IMG/VR virus record: IMGVR_UViG_3300005343_000007
Direction: 5' to 3' (one strand)
Length of the DNA: 20,000 nucleotides
From: an uncultured virus (IMG/VR IMGVR_UViG_3300005343_000007)
Taxonomy: Duplodnaviria; Heunggongvirae; Uroviricota; Caudoviricetes
In this document: positions 8,311 through 15,845 of the stretch, piece after piece
Numbering within the stretch: the first letter of the stretch is position 1
Layout: the number at the start of each line of letters is the position of its first letter
The notes under the pieces: model-generated
Seen by the model: only the letters and a program-made list of their open reading frames with translations
Database searches by the model: none
Told to the model about the DNA's origin: nothing
Translations under genes and position numbers: made by a program

Positions 8311-9674
8311 ACTATTTTCAGCGTGTTGGAATCGCTCCACACGTCGCCAGAAGAGAGCCCGGCGGATGATGTTGGCGCGGCCTGAATATTCAAAACTCCG
8401 CTCGCCTTCAGCGTCATGATCTTTGTCTCGCTCGGATAGGCGGCGTCGCGCCGATAGAAAACAATGTCTCCTCCGGGTTCTACGTCGATGCGCCGGAAGT
8501 TTCCGTCTGTCGTCGTCTGAATGATGCGCGCGGCTTTCGCGGTTGCGCTGCCGCTATCGTATGCCTCCATGTAGGCGACGTTGCGAAAAACCTGCGGGGA
8601 TGCGCTCGTATTACCCCATCCGAAAGCCGCTCCATAGCTGGAAACCCCCAGAGAATCTACATCATGCCCGACGCCGAAAACCGTTGAGAACCCCTCGGCG
8701 TTCGTATTCTGCATCTTGAGCACGTCATGGCCCACGCTACTCGTTGCTAGGTAATGATCGGCACCAGAAGTCGAGACGCCGTAGAGCGTACGCCCGTAGA
8801 AACCAATGTCGGTACCGTTATCGTACAGGGACGAGCGTACGGAAAGCCCGGCGGAATTGTGGTAAGCCAGGAAATTTGAGCCGCCGCCAGCCACGGCGAT
8901 GCCGTAAGTCACTTCGACGTAACCCCGAATACGGTTCAGTGTCTCGGCGGTTGGCGCGGAGCCGATAAACCCAGCAAGCGCCATATCTCCCGCAAATGGC
9001 GCGGAGTCATCTGCGCCGCTGCCTAAGCTTAGTATCGCAGATGTGAACGCCAGAAACGACAGCGCAGCCGTGGCGAGCTTGACGCCGTTGACGAAAAGGC
9101 TCACTTGCCCACTAACACTTGAGCACTCGATGAAATAGGCTGTTCCAGCAACCAGAACAGGGCCATCCAAATTGGAATCAAAGGCATTATTGAAAACAAT
9201 CCGGTTGCTATCATCCATGAATAGCAAGCCACGCTGCCTCTTGGCCGTGTCTTGATCTCCGAAATGGAGAAGCCACATATACTGCGTAAGGTTGGCGAGC
9301 TTCGCCACGCAGCACATATACCAATCTCCGCCGAGGGACGCGCCTCCCGCCGCCGTGTGCATGGAATCGTTTACCCCATCGAAACGCACGATTGGCTGAC
9401 TGTTAATTCCACTGGCGGCAGCCTTAAATGTGGGGCGCTTCGTGAGCGTCTGTGTAGCATTGCGTGCATTACCGCTAGCATCCGTCCACGTAGAAACGGG
9501 ATCAGCGTCGCTCAGTCCCGTGAGCCGATTCGCCTCAAATAGTGCAACCCAAGACGCAATGGATGGAAGATCTAACGCGAGTCCGGTATTCGTAATTGCC
9601 GTCAGCGAAGCCGGTAGCGTTCCACCCGCTAGTTGCGCCGCTGAAATTCCTCCACCGCCTGTAAAGATCGTCAT
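8307..9674 (-). CDS. Fibre/spike protein with a LamG / concanavalin-A-like lectin domain
   Basis: 'DADPVSTWTDASGNARNATQ...RPTF...INSQPIVRFDGVND' and 'VSLFVNG...LSLG...FAGDMA...IRGYVEVTYGI' are typical LamG-like segments. The C-terminus 'APTSSAGLSSGDVWSDSNTLKIV' is a common fibre end motif. Confidence 0.75.
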   Translation of the reverse strand: MTIFTGGGGISAAQLAGGTLPASLTAITNTGLALDLPSIASWVALFEANRLTGLSDADPVSTWTDASGNARNATQTLTKRPTFKAAASGINSQPIVRFDGVNDSMHTAAGGASLGGDWYMCCVAKLANLTQYMWLLHFGDQDTAKRQRGLLFMDDSNRIVFNNAFDSNLDGPVLVAGTAYFIECSSVSGQVSLFVNGVKLATAALSFLAFTSAILSLGSGADDSAPFAGDMALAGFIGSAPTAETLNRIRGYVEVTYGIAVAGGGSNFLAYHNSAGLSVRSSLYDNGTDIGFYGRTLYGVSTSGADHYLATSSVGHDVLKMQNTNAEGFSTVFGVGHDVDSLGVSSYGAAFGWGNTSASPQVFRNVAYMEAYDSGSATAKAARIIQTTTDGNFRRIDVEPGGDIVFYRRDAAYPSETKIMTLKASGVLNIQAAPTSSAGLSSGDVWSDSNTLKIV

Positions 9675-9724
9675 ACGGGTGAAATTTGAAATTGACCAAT
9701 AAGTACAACGAGATCAAAGTGATC

Positions 9725-9759
9725 GCGCCCAAAAAGTGTATTCAGCACTTGGTGGGCGC
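9725..9759. promoter_or_regulatory. Hairpin upstream of the HNH gene
   Basis: GCGCCCA (9725-9731) pairs with TGGGCGC (9753-9759), with an inner AAGTG/CACTT pair; it ends 25 nt before the ATG at 9785. Confidence 0.45.
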
Positions 9760-9784
9760 TAACCTTCACACGAAAGAGACTCGC

Positions 9785-10297
9785 ATGAAAGCTTTTAGAG
9801 AAATCCCGAATCTTACCGAAAAAGACAAGTCCCGATTTTGGAGTTACGTTAAAATTGGAGTCCCAGATGAATGCTGGGAGTGGCAAGGTGGAAAGCGGTA
9901 TTTCGGATATGGCAATTTCCATATTGGGAAAATTATCATCGCAAGCCATCGTGTCTCTTGGTTTATTGCCAACGGTGGTGAATTTGAAAATTGGGAGTGC
10001 CTTCACAAATGCGATAACCCGCCATGTTGCAATCCATCCCATCTTTTCCTTGGAACACATACTGACAATATGCGCGATTGCGCGGAAAAACGCAGAAGTG
10101 GCTCGATAGCTAAACGCGCATCCAGACCACGAGGAGAAGGCCACGAAATGCACAAACTTACAGAGGAAGAAGTTAAGGCAATTCGTTCGCGATACATTTT
10201 CGGAATCGTAGGAGCGCAGCAATTGGCGAATGAATTCGAGGTAGCCAAGCCCACAATATTTCGAATCGTGAAACGAAGGAATTGGACACATATTTAA
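9785..10297 (+). CDS. Free-standing HNH homing endonuclease with a C-terminal HTH DNA-binding domain
   Basis: RFWSYV...ECWEWQG...YG...SHRVSW...LHKCDNPPCCNPSHLFLGTHTDN, plus KLTEEEVKAIR...LANEFEVAKPTIFRIV. It is the only credible plus-strand gene and is visibly more AT-rich than its neighbours. Confidence 0.9.
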   Translation: MKAFREIPNLTEKDKSRFWSYVKIGVPDECWEWQGGKRYFGYGNFHIGKIIIASHRVSWFIANGGEFENWECLHKCDNPPCCNPSHLFLGTHTDNMRDCAEKRRSGSIAKRASRPRGEGHEMHKLTEEEVKAIRSRYIFGIVGAQQLANEFEVAKPTIFRIVKRRNWTHI

Positions 10298-10653
10298 GTC
10301 AAACTTCCAATATAAAGCGTTCCGGCAGAACGGGTGTAGGCAATGGCAGAAAGGGTATCCGATCCGTCTGCCTCGAATGAGATTGCCTTGCCTGCTGGTA
10401 GCGTACCACCGGCCACCGTGCCCACAAAATCATCCGAGGCCAGAAACGCCACGCTTTTCTTCCCTGCGGTCACAGACCCCGAAGCGGTTACGGAGGTCAA
10501 GGCGGGCGTCCTCGTGGCCCCAGCGCCCGCTTCCGTGTCCACGATCAAGGGCGAAGTGCCATCCCTTGCACCCCCCAAAATAGCCACCAGCTTTCGAAGT
10601 AGCTGCGTCTCCGTATCCCCGAGTGTGTCAGCGTCAAGTGCGATGGTACTCAT
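10294..10653 (-). CDS. Small virion protein, putative head-spike base or decoration protein
   Basis: 119 aa: N-terminal helix (ETQLLRKLVAILG) followed by a S/T/A/G-rich beta domain. It lies between the capsid gene and the LamG fibre; the ATG is 4 nt from a palindrome copy. Confidence 0.55.
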   Translation of the reverse strand: MSTIALDADTLGDTETQLLRKLVAILGGARDGTSPLIVDTEAGAGATRTPALTSVTASGSVTAGKKSVAFLASDDFVGTVAGGTLPAGKAISFEADGSDTLSAIAYTRSAGTLYIGSLT

Positions 10654-10657
10654 GCGT

Positions 10658-10679
10658 TAATTGACAAATTTGCTAATTA
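10658..10679. promoter_or_regulatory. 22-bp junction palindrome, copy 4 (TAATTGACAAATTTGCTAATTA)
   Basis: Exact consensus; contains the TAG stop of the GIY-YIG gene. Confidence 0.85.
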
Positions 10680-11536
10680 TTCAGCGTGATGGGTTGAGGG
10701 GTGGGGTGCTGGGTGCATTCGTCAGTATATTTCCAGACGTAGCCGTAAGCCATTTGGGTTCGTCCCTTCAGGTTGCAGCAAATATTCGCGGTGCATCCGT
10801 TGATCGCTTTTGCCGCCAGTGTCACCGATGGGTGAACCGCGATCAGGGCTCCCGTTCTGGTATCAAATTGAGAAATCGAACGCCAATATATCTTGCGGGT
10901 TTCGGTACGCCTCGCAATGGCTTCTTGGCTCATTGGCTTGCGATGGCACTTCACGCCACTCGCCCTTCGCTGCGCCTTCTTGGAATTGGCGTATCGCCGC
11001 TGCGCCGCTGCGCGCATTTTGGCCTTAGTCTCTTCTGTCTTCGGAATCCCTCTTGCTCCCTGCGAGTTTTTGATTCGGTGCTCTAGGGTTTGCGTTTTTC
11101 CGGTAAGCGCCTTTTTTACCGCCTCTGCCACATGAGGAGGGCGCGGCACGCCCTTCTTGAGCGCACTCATCCTAGCCTTGTGCTCCTCGGTATGGTGTCG
11201 CCCCAGAAAAGACTGCGTGGGGTGCAGGCAGATATTGAATCCGTCCTCTACCGCCTTTAGGGATCGGATGTAGTAAAGTTCCAACTCGCAAAGATGGCAG
11301 GCATCCGCGAAAGCTAGCACCGTTAACTCGAATGCCTCTTCCCCATATTTCCGAATGGCATTGTATAACTTCGGGCTCGATCTGGGTCGAACGCGGGCGC
11401 AGGTCCGATGCTCTCCAATTCTCTTCCGCAGGCAGGTTGTTTGACCAACGTAAAATCTACCCGTCCCGATAAGTCTAAGCGCGTAGATGCACGGCTTGCG
11501 CGCAACCACCGAAAGATCGAGTTGGGTAGTGAACAT
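10673..11536 (-). CDS. Free-standing GIY-YIG homing endonuclease with NUMOD3-like repeats and a NUMOD1-like C-terminus
   Basis: CIYAL...FYVGQT...RIGEH...KLYNAIRKYGEEAF...ELYYI...GFN nuclease domain; HHTEEHKARMS, QTLEHRIKNS and KTEETKAKMR repeats; ISQFD...SVTLAAKAI...NICCNLKG...AYGYVWKY C-terminus. Confidence 0.9.
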   Translation of the reverse strand: MFTTQLDLSVVARKPCIYALRLIGTGRFYVGQTTCLRKRIGEHRTCARVRPRSSPKLYNAIRKYGEEAFELTVLAFADACHLCELELYYIRSLKAVEDGFNICLHPTQSFLGRHHTEEHKARMSALKKGVPRPPHVAEAVKKALTGKTQTLEHRIKNSQGARGIPKTEETKAKMRAAAQRRYANSKKAQRRASGVKCHRKPMSQEAIARRTETRKIYWRSISQFDTRTGALIAVHPSVTLAAKAINGCTANICCNLKGRTQMAYGYVWKYTDECTQHPTPQPITLNN

Positions 11537-11546
11537 GGCGACAATT

Positions 11547-11579
11547 CTAGGCTGAATCGGGTAGAACAATCCAGCCTAG
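11547..11579 (-). promoter_or_regulatory. Stem-loop between the capsid gene and the GIY-YIG gene (possible attenuator or translational brake)
   Basis: Minus strand reads CTAGGCTGGATTG-TTCTACC-CGATTCAGCCTAG: a 13-bp stem with two G-U pairs that form only on the minus-strand transcript. Confidence 0.55.
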
Positions 11580-11597
11580 TTTTGTTTAAACAACCGA

Positions 11598-12872
11598 TCA
11601 GAGGCTGCTCGTGTCGGAGTACCCGCTGTAATCGCTGCACGTCGCCAGCCCGAAGTCGCTGATGCAACGCTTGAAGGCAATCGCCATCACGTGATGCGGG
11701 CGCTCCGGCTTATAGGAGCGGCTGATCTGATAGCGGTGCTGGCCGAAGTCCTCGAAGAAGTTGCAATCGTTGTCCGCGATCACCTTGAAATCGAGTTGAC
11801 CACCGGCAAGCTGCGCGGGCCAGCGGAAGGAGCCTTCGCCCGTGTACTCTTCCGGCACGCGGCGGCGAAAAGAGCCCTGGCCCATCAGGAGCATGACCTC
11901 GTAGCGGGCGCGCGCCCATGCGGGGTTGATGCGAGCACCGACGCCGTTGGTCACGGGGGCCGCGTATTCGGGCTCGATGAAGTTCGGCTGCCCAGATGCG
12001 TTGAGGGTCGAGAACCGGAGCGGCTGCGGGTCAATGCCAAGGGCGAAGCCGCGATACGGCCCCTCCCAAGTGTACCCCTTGATGAACTTCTCGCCCGCGC
12101 GAAACTGCCCAGCGGCGAGGTAGCGGTGGTCTTCCTTCACGTCCAATTCCGTGCGGAGTTGCTCGATGGCCTGCTGTGAGGCCATGATCTTAAAGACGGG
12201 CTCCATGTTCTCACCCTCCCACGGTTCGGCCAAGAGATCCTCGCGCATGAAATCGCGCGCGAAGATCAGGAGCTTCATCGTCGGGAACGCGGTCGGCACG
12301 GCGTTGACGAACGGGGTGTCAATCGCCTGCTGTTCGCCCTGGAACATCGTCTCGAACACCTGACCGGCGAGGACGGTCAGCTTGAGTCCGGAGCGGTCAA
12401 CCAGCGTGGAGCGAACGTCCGCGTTCATGGTCTGGACGATCTGCTTCTTCATCGCGTCCTCTGCGGCCATGTACGAGCCCTTAAAGGCCGTGCGGGTGGT
12501 CTTGACGCAGACGCGGGGGCCACGGCCACGCAAGCTCTGGAGGCGCTCGGTGTATTCCGTGGTGCCAACCTGCGCCACTTCGCCGCCCGTACCGCAAAGG
12601 GTGATGTCGTTCTGAAAGGCGGGGCGCACAAGGCTATGGCCGAGCACGGCGCGCTCTTCCACGATGGATCGGGTGACTTCACCCACGCCGGAGGGCAGGG
12701 TGCCGCCATCGAGAACGTTGACGAACGGGGAGCGGCGGGCCACCACATAGGCGATATTGCCGAGGATGCGGTTGCTATCGCGGGAGGCGAAGTCTACGGC
12801 TTCGCTAAGGTCGATGCAGTCGCCGTAAGGCTTCTGAGGGATGCTGAAATGCGGAGTTTTGAAGGTTTTCAC
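11598..12872 (-). CDS. Putative major capsid protein
   Basis: 424 aa with strongly C/G-biased third codon positions, suggesting high expression. It has its own promoter-like region and leader and sits between scaffold-like and spike/adaptor/nozzle genes. The fold was not confirmed. Confidence 0.7.
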   Translation of the reverse strand: MKTFKTPHFSIPQKPYGDCIDLSEAVDFASRDSNRILGNIAYVVARRSPFVNVLDGGTLPSGVGEVTRSIVEERAVLGHSLVRPAFQNDITLCGTGGEVAQVGTTEYTERLQSLRGRGPRVCVKTTRTAFKGSYMAAEDAMKKQIVQTMNADVRSTLVDRSGLKLTVLAGQVFETMFQGEQQAIDTPFVNAVPTAFPTMKLLIFARDFMREDLLAEPWEGENMEPVFKIMASQQAIEQLRTELDVKEDHRYLAAGQFRAGEKFIKGYTWEGPYRGFALGIDPQPLRFSTLNASGQPNFIEPEYAAPVTNGVGARINPAWARARYEVMLLMGQGSFRRRVPEEYTGEGSFRWPAQLAGGQLDFKVIADNDCNFFEDFGQHRYQISRSYKPERPHHVMAIAFKRCISDFGLATCSDYSGYSDTSSL

Positions 12873-12937
12873 TGCGAGAAATGGGAGTTGTGGAACCCGA
12901 GTGGGCTCCGGTTTGGATCAACTCCCGCAGTGAAAAC
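12865..12937 (-). promoter_or_regulatory. Long 5'-leader hairpin that sequesters the GTG start of the capsid gene
   Basis: Perfect 12-bp inverted repeat GTTTTCACTGCG (12865-12876) / CGCAGTGAAAAC (12926-12937); inner GGAGTTG (12884-12890) / CAACTCC (12919-12925); innermost AACCCGAG / CTCCGGTT. Confidence 0.7.
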
Positions 12938-13000
12938 TGTCTGGCGTTCGGGGCTTGCGAGTCCGTTTCTTTAAGCAGCACGGAACCGGCTACGGTTTAC

Positions 13001-13029
13001 CTTTTAGTACGTTAACGAATGAGGCGCAA
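13001..13029 (-). promoter_or_regulatory. Possible sigma70-like promoter for the capsid operon
   Basis: Minus strand TTGCGC-N17-TAAAAG, located downstream of a terminator and 4 nt from palindrome copy 5. The match to consensus is imperfect. Confidence 0.35.
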
Positions 13030-13033
13030 GCGT

Positions 13034-13055
13034 TAATTGCAAAATTTGCTAATTA
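13034..13055. promoter_or_regulatory. 22-bp junction palindrome, copy 5 (TAATTGCAAAATTTGCTAATTA)
   Basis: Intergenic, between the terminator and the putative capsid promoter. Confidence 0.8.
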
Positions 13056-13063
13056 TTTTCGGA

Positions 13064-13100
13064 CGCAAAAGACCCCGCTCAGATTGCTCCAAGCGGGGTC
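13064..13100 (-). terminator. Rho-independent terminator
   Basis: Minus strand GACCCCGCTTGG-AGCAAT-CTGAGCGGGGTC-TTTTGCG: a 12-bp GC-rich stem with two G-U pairs valid on the minus strand, followed by a short U tract. Confidence 0.7.
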
Positions 13101-13128
13101 CAAGGTTTGTTCATATTCGCCCATTTGA

Positions 13129-13234
13129 CGGATCGGGCTTACGGCTTGATCCGCTCTCTCGGTATCACGCCCGAGTGCTATGGGTTTAGCCTACTCCCCA
13201 ATACCCATCGGGGGTGCTGGTTTTTAGCCAGCGC
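13129..13234 (+). other. Cluster of four hairpins, possible antisense structured RNA
   Basis: Stems 13129-13153, 13158-13175, 13180-13208 and 13214-13234; G-U wobble pairs in the first and fourth stems favour the plus strand. Confidence 0.35.
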
Positions 13235-13371
13235 GGCACATCAGTAGAAAACGGAAGGGGTTTCATATTTGAGCCAATGTACTTTCGCGCATCCCACTCG
13301 GGAGCAGCGGTTTTTCAGTGGAGGCTGAATCATGCCACAAGCGTTCCGTGCGCCGCAAGCACTTTTTCGGA

Positions 13372-13713
13372 TTATTTTTCGGTAGGCTGCTGCTTGTCGC
13401 CTGCACCGCTCATGGATTCCTTGCGCTGGCGATCCACGGGCTCAATCGGATCGGGCAAGCCGGAAGTACCAGCGGCCACCACTTCGGGATGAAGCTCCCC
13501 ATCCTGGCCGTGGAGGTTGCGGTTGGGTTCATGGACGAAGGTGCGTCCCTCGGTTTCCTGCCCCGTCATCACGCTGTTGTTTTGGTTCGGCTGGCGAATC
13601 TTCTGCTTCTTGGTGCCAGCGGGTGCTTCGCCGGTTTGGCGTTCGATTTCCTGCGCTTCGGCGGATGCGCCCTCAAGATTCGGATCAAGGCCGGGGGTAT
13701 GTTCTAGTTTCAT
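13372..13713 (-). CDS. Hydrophilic, probably disordered hypothetical protein (113 aa)
   Basis: ATG preceded by AGGAG; E/Q/G/P-rich. Confidence 0.7.
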   Translation of the reverse strand: MKLEHTPGLDPNLEGASAEAQEIERQTGEAPAGTKKQKIRQPNQNNSVMTGQETEGRTFVHEPNRNLHGQDGELHPEVVAAGTSGLPDPIEPVDRQRKESMSGAGDKQQPTEK

Positions 13714-13780
13714 GCTCCTGATTCGTTTTCTGGCCTCCCATCGGTCTTATGGCACACTATTTGCTTACTCGCCAAGCCGA

Positions 13781-13802
13781 TAATTAGCAAATTTGTCAAT
13801 TA
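13781..13802. promoter_or_regulatory. 22-bp junction palindrome, copy 6 (TAATTAGCAAATTTGTCAATTA, exact reverse complement of consensus)
   Basis: Extends to a 26-bp GATAATT...AATTATC; abuts the TGA stop of 13803..14015. Confidence 0.85.
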
Positions 13803-14015
13803 TCACGGTTCCTCCATGACGGCGTATTCCCCGCCTTCCGGTTCGGTTCCAAACGGATTGTGCTCGTAGATCAAATCCGCATCATCAATCTCCGATTCCA
13901 CTTCCTCTAATCTTTCCTGTTCTACGTGCATCGGGACGCAGATGCAATCCCCGTCAAGATCGTGCAAGTCTTCTTCTCCCTTGGGAACTAGGTGAACGGT
14001 TTTCATGGTCGGCAA
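13803..14015 (-). CDS. Small acidic protein with an H-x5-C-x-C-x-P...HN putative metal-binding motif
   Basis: HDLDGDCICVP...IYEHN. It overlaps the FkbM stop; the true start may be the ATG at 14006. Confidence 0.6.
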   Translation of the reverse strand: MPTMKTVHLVPKGEEDLHDLDGDCICVPMHVEQERLEEVESEIDDADLIYEHNPFGTEPEGGEYAVMEEP

Positions 14016-14668
14016 AGTATATCGTAGATTTCTGATTCTGGGGTTTGTTGGGGTTGCAAAATCGTCCTGTTGGCCTCGGGGTAGCCAAGCTCATCCAAGA
14101 TGGCAAAAAGGCTCTCGCGGCTCTCGCGCGCTCGCAATAGGGCTCCCTGGTTCACTTCGCAGATGATGAAGGGGTGATACTTGCGGATCGTCTCATAACC
14201 ACCACGCAGGGCTTTGGGCTCCCATCCTTCGCAATCGAGCTTGATGAAACCGGGGGCAAAGTGCCCATAGGAATCCATCGTCATAGATTGCACCCTGATT
14301 TCGCCTTCCGTTTCGCTTACGTGCGATGCCCCCACATTCACATCCGAAATAAGGGACACCTTGCGATTGCACCCAGACAGCGCGCATTCGTAAACCACGG
14401 CTTCGGGGCAGTTTTTTCGCAAGCACGCAACGCAATCGTGATTTGGCTCAAAGGCGAATACTCCACAACCCTCATCCAGCATTACTCGGGTTAGTGTGCC
14501 GATATTGGCTCCGGCATCTATGCAGGTTTTGATTCCATGCTCTCGGATCAAGCCCCTGATTATCCCGCTCATATGGGCGTCATGGATCAACCCTTTCTCG
14601 CGCACCCATTTTCCGATGTGGGTATCACCAGAAACCACCCATGCGCCATTGGGGCATTGCTCGATCAT
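14003..14668 (-). CDS. FkbM-family SAM-dependent methyltransferase
   Basis: IDAGANIG, FAFEPN, FIKLDCEGWE-x-x-ALRGG-x-ETI and P-x-IICE motifs; ATGA coupling at 14665-14668. Confidence 0.9.
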   Translation of the reverse strand: MIEQCPNGAWVVSGDTHIGKWVREKGLIHDAHMSGIIRGLIREHGIKTCIDAGANIGTLTRVMLDEGCGVFAFEPNHDCVACLRKNCPEAVVYECALSGCNRKVSLISDVNVGASHVSETEGEIRVQSMTMDSYGHFAPGFIKLDCEGWEPKALRGGYETIRKYHPFIICEVNQGALLRARESRESLFAILDELGYPEANRTILQPQQTPESEIYDILCRP

Positions 14669-15078
14669 TGCAGCATCCCCGATCCCTTCATGTATTCGAT
14701 GCCATTGGTAAAAATGCCCCTGAACCGTTCGTCCAATGTTTGCATAACACATCCGGCAATCCCCGCCTTCATGGCCGACTCCACCGCCTTCTCTACTACC
14801 TCCTTATTCTCACCAAGCCAATTATCCACCGCCTGCCTTACCTTGCTCTCGAAATGTTTCGACACAATCTCATCAACTAAGGACGGGCCTTGCTCGAATT
14901 GGCTGCCATAGGAATTCCGAGACGGAACCAATCGCTTATCAAAGAGAGCCTTCTCAATACCTCGCTCCACAATCTTCTTTAGATCGTCGTCGGTCATTAA
15001 GTCTCCAATGCCGTCCTTGATGCGCTCCATCAACTTCTGCTCGAAACTAAGGGCTTGCTGGATTTGGTCGGTGCTCAT
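14665..15078 (-). CDS. Helical hypothetical protein (137 aa)
   Basis: Fills the gap in a tightly coupled operon; ATG start. Confidence 0.7.
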   Translation of the reverse strand: MSTDQIQQALSFEQKLMERIKDGIGDLMTDDDLKKIVERGIEKALFDKRLVPSRNSYGSQFEQGPSLVDEIVSKHFESKVRQAVDNWLGENKEVVEKAVESAMKAGIAGCVMQTLDERFRGIFTNGIEYMKGSGMLQ

Positions 15079-15083
15079 GGTGT

Positions 15084-15845
15084 TTATGGTAGGAAGATGC
15101 TCTTGATTCTCGGATTGATGTAAAGCACGGCGGTTGAAATGTTGCTCACGGGGTGAATGAAGGCGCGGCCCATCGAGAGAATTAGCGCCTCGGACAATAC
15201 TTGTCTTGCGTCGTCTATGCCCTGCGGTTCCGCTAGATGGCGCTGTACGTCCCGCGATTGGCTGCGCTTGGTGCCTGGATGGTAGATGATCGGGAAGCGG
15301 CCATCAAACCAATGTAGGCTCTCCATGTCTTGCGAGGCGACGTAGATTTTTGCCTCTGGATTGTCCCTTAGTTCCAAATCCAAGGCCCGCGCGTATTCGT
15401 CAAAGGTCTGCGCCTTGTTGGTGATCTGCTCTCCGGCGTGTTCGTTGCCTCGAATGAGAATGGAGATATGATTGAACCGATCAACCCTATCAAATAGCCA
15501 GCAAGCCAATTCCCACGCCTCCCTTCTTATCTCGTCTTTTATCCGTATCTGATTCCATAGTTTATTCAACTCGGCTCTCCAAGATGGATTCCCTTGGTAA
15601 AGCTCGGCGGCGTGCTTGTAGGTAAGTCGCTGGTTTGGATATTCGGTGATTAGGTCAACCGATCCCTCTGGCGCTGGCCGTGGCGCGAATAGCTCATCCC
15701 ACAAGTTACTCTCGGGCGAGTAGATCGAGCCTGTCCAATCCACGGAGACGTTTTCCGCTCCGTAAATCTGCATACAGGTCATCACGTTATTCAAGAGGCT
15801 GAAAAGCCCGGCGCGATGCGCTCCCACTACGGCTTGTTTTTGCAT
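15084..15845 (-). CDS. NodZ / FUT8-like (GT-B fold) fucosyltransferase-like glycosyltransferase
   Basis: AGLFS near the N-terminus; ISILIRGNEH (motif I-like), KIYVASQD (motif II-like) and EALILSMGRAFIHPVSNISTAVLYINP (motif III-like). Confidence 0.7.
   Translation of the reverse strand: MQKQAVVGAHRAGLFSLLNNVMTCMQIYGAENVSVDWTGSIYSPESNLWDELFAPRPAPEGSVDLITEYPNQRLTYKHAAELYQGNPSWRAELNKLWNQIRIKDEIRREAWELACWLFDRVDRFNHISILIRGNEHAGEQITNKAQTFDEYARALDLELRDNPEAKIYVASQDMESLHWFDGRFPIIYHPGTKRSQSRDVQRHLAEPQGIDDARQVLSEALILSMGRAFIHPVSNISTAVLYINPRIKSIFLP

Noticed and set aside
9679..9702. Possible ninth palindrome copy (GTGAAATTTGAAATTGACCAATAA); also the AT patch near 5069-5085
   Set aside because: Only a partial AATTGAC or AATTATC match, with no dyad symmetry.
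9671..10291. 206-aa minus-strand ORF that could join the spike-base and fibre genes
   Set aside because: It is the antisense shadow of the clearly recognisable HNH gene and has no protein-like motifs.
10661..10690. TTGACA inside the palindrome as the -35 box of a plus-strand sigma70 promoter (also at 18409 and 19674)
   Set aside because: There is no convincing -10 hexamer about 17 nt downstream, TTGACA is not conserved in all copies, and these would point antisense to the genes.
9675..11597. Group I introns or inteins hosting the two homing endonucleases
   Set aside because: The flanking genes end in their own stop codons and appear complete. The non-coding margins are too short for a ribozyme core, and no intein splice motifs were seen.
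13129..13234. tRNA gene
   Set aside because: There is no closing acceptor stem, TTC-containing T-loop or cloverleaf geometry.
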